DNA of 64,000 nucleotides from an uncultured Pelagibacteraceae bacterium (GTDB lineage Bacteria; Pseudomonadota; Alphaproteobacteria; Pelagibacterales; Pelagibacteraceae): NCBI GenBank assembly GCA_902521355.1, contig CABYRT010000001.1, forward strand, positions 57,800 through 121,799, written 5' to 3'. The notes beneath the pieces were generated by a model, which was not told where the DNA came from, made no database searches, and was given only the letters and a program-made list of their open reading frames with translations. Positions 61,670-64,000 of the stretch are shown piece by piece. The position numbers and the translations under genes were made by a program. How positions within the stretch are numbered: position 1 is the stretch's first letter; each line of letters begins with the position of its first letter.

Positions 61670-62827
61670 ATGAAAAAAAAGAAAAAAAAAACTAAAAAAA
61701 AAAGTCTAAAAATAAAAGTTAAAAAATCAAAAAAAAAAATCAAATCAAAATTAAAAAAAAAAATAACAAAAAGATCAAATCGAAGAAAAAAAATAAAAAA
61801 AGTTAAGTTAAAGACAAGTACTGAAAAGGGTATTATTTCAAGAACGGTCAGACTTGAGGAAGATTTAAAAAATAAGTTTTCTTTCAAATTTAGTTTTAAT
61901 TTACTGGCGGTTGATAAATTAATACAAAAATTTTTTCAAAGTATAGAATTTAGATTAATTCGTTTTAAAGAAATAAGAGCTGAGGAAAAAAGGCAAATTA
62001 AACTTGAGAAAATTGAGCAAGCAGAAAAGGAAAAAATCGAAATTGAAAAAAAGAAGAAAGCAGATGAGTTAGCCTTTTTAAAAGAAAAAGAAATCCAATT
62101 AAAACAAGAACAAAAATTAGAAAGAGAAAGAGCAAAAGATATAAAATTATTCTTAAGAAAAGAACAGGCTATACTAAGAAAAGAGCAGGCGGAGAGACAA
62201 AAGAAATTTTTACAAGAATTAAAATTAGAAAAGCAAATAGAAAAGTTTAGAATAAGAGAGGTAAAAGAATTAGAACAACTAGAAAAATTAGCGTTAAGAG
62301 AAAAGAGAGAGGATTATTCTGGATTACAAGAGCGTATCGAAAAACTAAAATTAAAATATCAACAAATAAGAGATCAGAAAATAAGAGAACGAGTTGAAGC
62401 GTTAGGCGTAGAAACACAAGAAGGAGACGATAGAGCAAAATTACTTCAAAGAGAAAGGGAGTATACTTTAGCTAGGCAAAAAATTGAGTTTGCACTTGAA
62501 AGCTTTTACAGAAGTGCGAATAGTTTAGTTTTTCAACTTAATAAAAGATATATAACTAAACATATGTCTATCTTGAGATGCATAGACAGAAGATTCGAAA
62601 CTGGAGAGATATTTATAAAATGGGATGAGACAATTGATGATGAGTGGTTAATACTAATTTATATTAAAAATAATTCTCCAGATGAAGGTATAGTCATTGA
62701 AGATAAAACAAATGAAGAAAAAAATATTTCACATGAATTTAAACCAAAAGAAATTTTTAAAGCCTCAGATTTAATGGTAGATTCATTAACCCAGCTGATT
62801 GCAAAAAAAAGATCTAAGGACAATTAA
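61670..62827 (+). CDS. Hypothetical protein: Lys-rich head, long charged helical/coiled-coil rod, C-terminal globular domain
   Basis: 385-aa ORF that fills the gap between cfa and the TPR gene; composition read directly from the translation. Confidence 0.8.
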   Translation: MKKKKKKTKKKSLKIKVKKSKKKIKSKLKKKITKRSNRRKKIKKVKLKTSTEKGIISRTVRLEEDLKNKFSFKFSFNLLAVDKLIQKFFQSIEFRLIRFKEIRAEEKRQIKLEKIEQAEKEKIEIEKKKKADELAFLKEKEIQLKQEQKLERERAKDIKLFLRKEQAILRKEQAERQKKFLQELKLEKQIEKFRIREVKELEQLEKLALREKREDYSGLQERIEKLKLKYQQIRDQKIRERVEALGVETQEGDDRAKLLQREREYTLARQKIEFALESFYRSANSLVFQLNKRYITKHMSILRCIDRRFETGEIFIKWDETIDDEWLILIYIKNNSPDEGIVIEDKTNEEKNISHEFKPKEIFKASDLMVDSLTQLIAKKRSKDN

Positions 62828-63372
62828 ATTTGTTGGTCTTTGATAATTTTTTCTATTAACTTTATATTTTCTCCACTTTTGATTAATGGATAAATAGATT
62901 TTGCTTTTCTCAAGTCATCAACTGCTTTTTCATATTCCTTTAAGCTTAAGTATATTTGCGCTCGTCCTGATAATGCTCCAAAATGTCTTGGCTCTAGATT
63001 TAAAACTTTTTCAATATCATCTAACGATTTCTCATAATCCCCCAATATAAATAGTAATGTTGCTCTCTTATTCCAACCCTCCGCCCATTTTGGGTCCTCA
63101 TTAATCACATCTGTAAATAGTTTTAATGCCATTCTATATTGCTGATGGTACATGGAATAAGTTCCGTTCTCTAATTTGTTCGTCAGATAATCATTGTTTG
63201 GATGTCTTGTCCATTTATTCCAAATTTGATCCTCTAGCTTTTCTGCTTGTTGTAAATTTTTTGCATTAAGCAATTCTTTAAACAATATATTTAAATTGTC
63301 TGAATACACATTATTTGTACTTACAAATAAAAATATAATTATAAAATTTACATATTTTTTAATCACTGACAT
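62824..63372 (-). CDS. Exported TPR protein
   Basis: Signal peptide; PKWAEGWNKRAT, LEPRHFGALSG. Confidence 0.85.
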   Translation of the reverse strand: MSVIKKYVNFIIIFLFVSTNNVYSDNLNILFKELLNAKNLQQAEKLEDQIWNKWTRHPNNDYLTNKLENGTYSMYHQQYRMALKLFTDVINEDPKWAEGWNKRATLLFILGDYEKSLDDIEKVLNLEPRHFGALSGRAQIYLSLKEYEKAVDDLRKAKSIYPLIKSGENIKLIEKIIKDQQI

Positions 63373-64000
63373 ATACAGATACTCCTCTAGAATTAATGTC
63401 TACATCAAATTTTTTATGCAATGGTGGAAAAGCTCTTTGAGAACAATCCAGTCTATCACAAGTTCTACATGAAACCCCTACAGGTATCTCTGATTTTTTA
63501 TCATTCAAATCTAAGTTTTCCGTATAAACAAAATCTCTTGCATATTTGGCTTCACATCCAAGTCCAATAGATAACATACTTTTTTTTTGTCCATATCTTC
63601 CTATACCTTTTTCAACAGTTCTTGCTATACATACATACTTTTCACCATTAGTCATTTTACTTACTGCAGCCTGTATAACACCAGGTCTAGAAAAAGCCGA
63701 ATATACATTCCATCGAGGACAAGCACCACCATAACGTGGTATTTCTATACCTGACAATGAAAATCTTTTTGAAATATTACCAGCTACATCAACTCTCAAA
63801 AAATGAAATGGAACCCCAGGTAATTTTGGATCGTTCAAACATGTTACTCTATGTGTGACTTGTTCGAATGAAGTTGCAAAAGTATTTTGCAATAACTCTA
63901 AATCATATTTAAGTTTTTTACATTCATAATGAAATAATTTGTAGGGCATTAAAATTGCTGCACCACAATAATTTAATAAAGCAACTTTTGTTAATTTTTT
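63359..64000 (-). CDS. Short-chain fatty acyl-CoA regulator (ScfR/PrpR/RamB family); partial, 5' end beyond the window
   Basis: Frame is open to 64000 (NYCGAAILMPY); RVDVAGNISKR, GACPRW, CRTCDRLDCSQRAFP. Confidence 0.9.
   Translation of the reverse strand, partial: KKLTKVALLNYCGAAILMPYKLFHYECKKLKYDLELLQNTFATSFEQVTHRVTCLNDPKLPGVPFHFLRVDVAGNISKRFSLSGIEIPRYGGACPRWNVYSAFSRPGVIQAAVSKMTNGEKYVCIARTVEKGIGRYGQKKSMLSIGLGCEAKYARDFVYTENLDLNDKKSEIPVGVSCRTCDRLDCSQRAFPPLHKKFDVDINSRGVSVYVSD

Overview
A very AT-rich, extremely gene-dense alphaproteobacterial chromosome segment. Gene order and near-zero intergenic spacers point to SAR11/Pelagibacteraceae; this assignment is an inference and was not checked by database search. 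Most of the window is core genome: priA, atpHAGDC, the rplU-rpmA-obgE-proBA-nadD-rsfS-ctpA-rppH run, metXW-gloB behind a SAM-II riboswitch, hisC-tyrC, trkH-ampG-NlpC/P60, class I lysS-pyrD, rpmB-yhhQ, regA, bioY, polA, chvIG-ahcY-tsaE-amgK-murU, gpmA, an RND pump, a purine-nucleoside (BMP) ABC transporter, ibpA with an RpoH-type promoter and ROSE-like leader, ptrB and cfa. I found no tRNA, rRNA, CRISPR array, prophage or IS element. The best leads are: (1) a four-gene polyamine operon (ODC-fold decarboxylase, deoxyhypusine-synthase-like enzyme, AguB, AguA) with a structured leader, possibly an undescribed homospermidine route; (2) an RND adaptor that has lost the whole TolC-docking alpha-hairpin; (3) a SAM-II riboswitch with a non-canonical expression platform; (4) a protein with an extremely Lys-rich head, a long charged helical rod and a globular tail.
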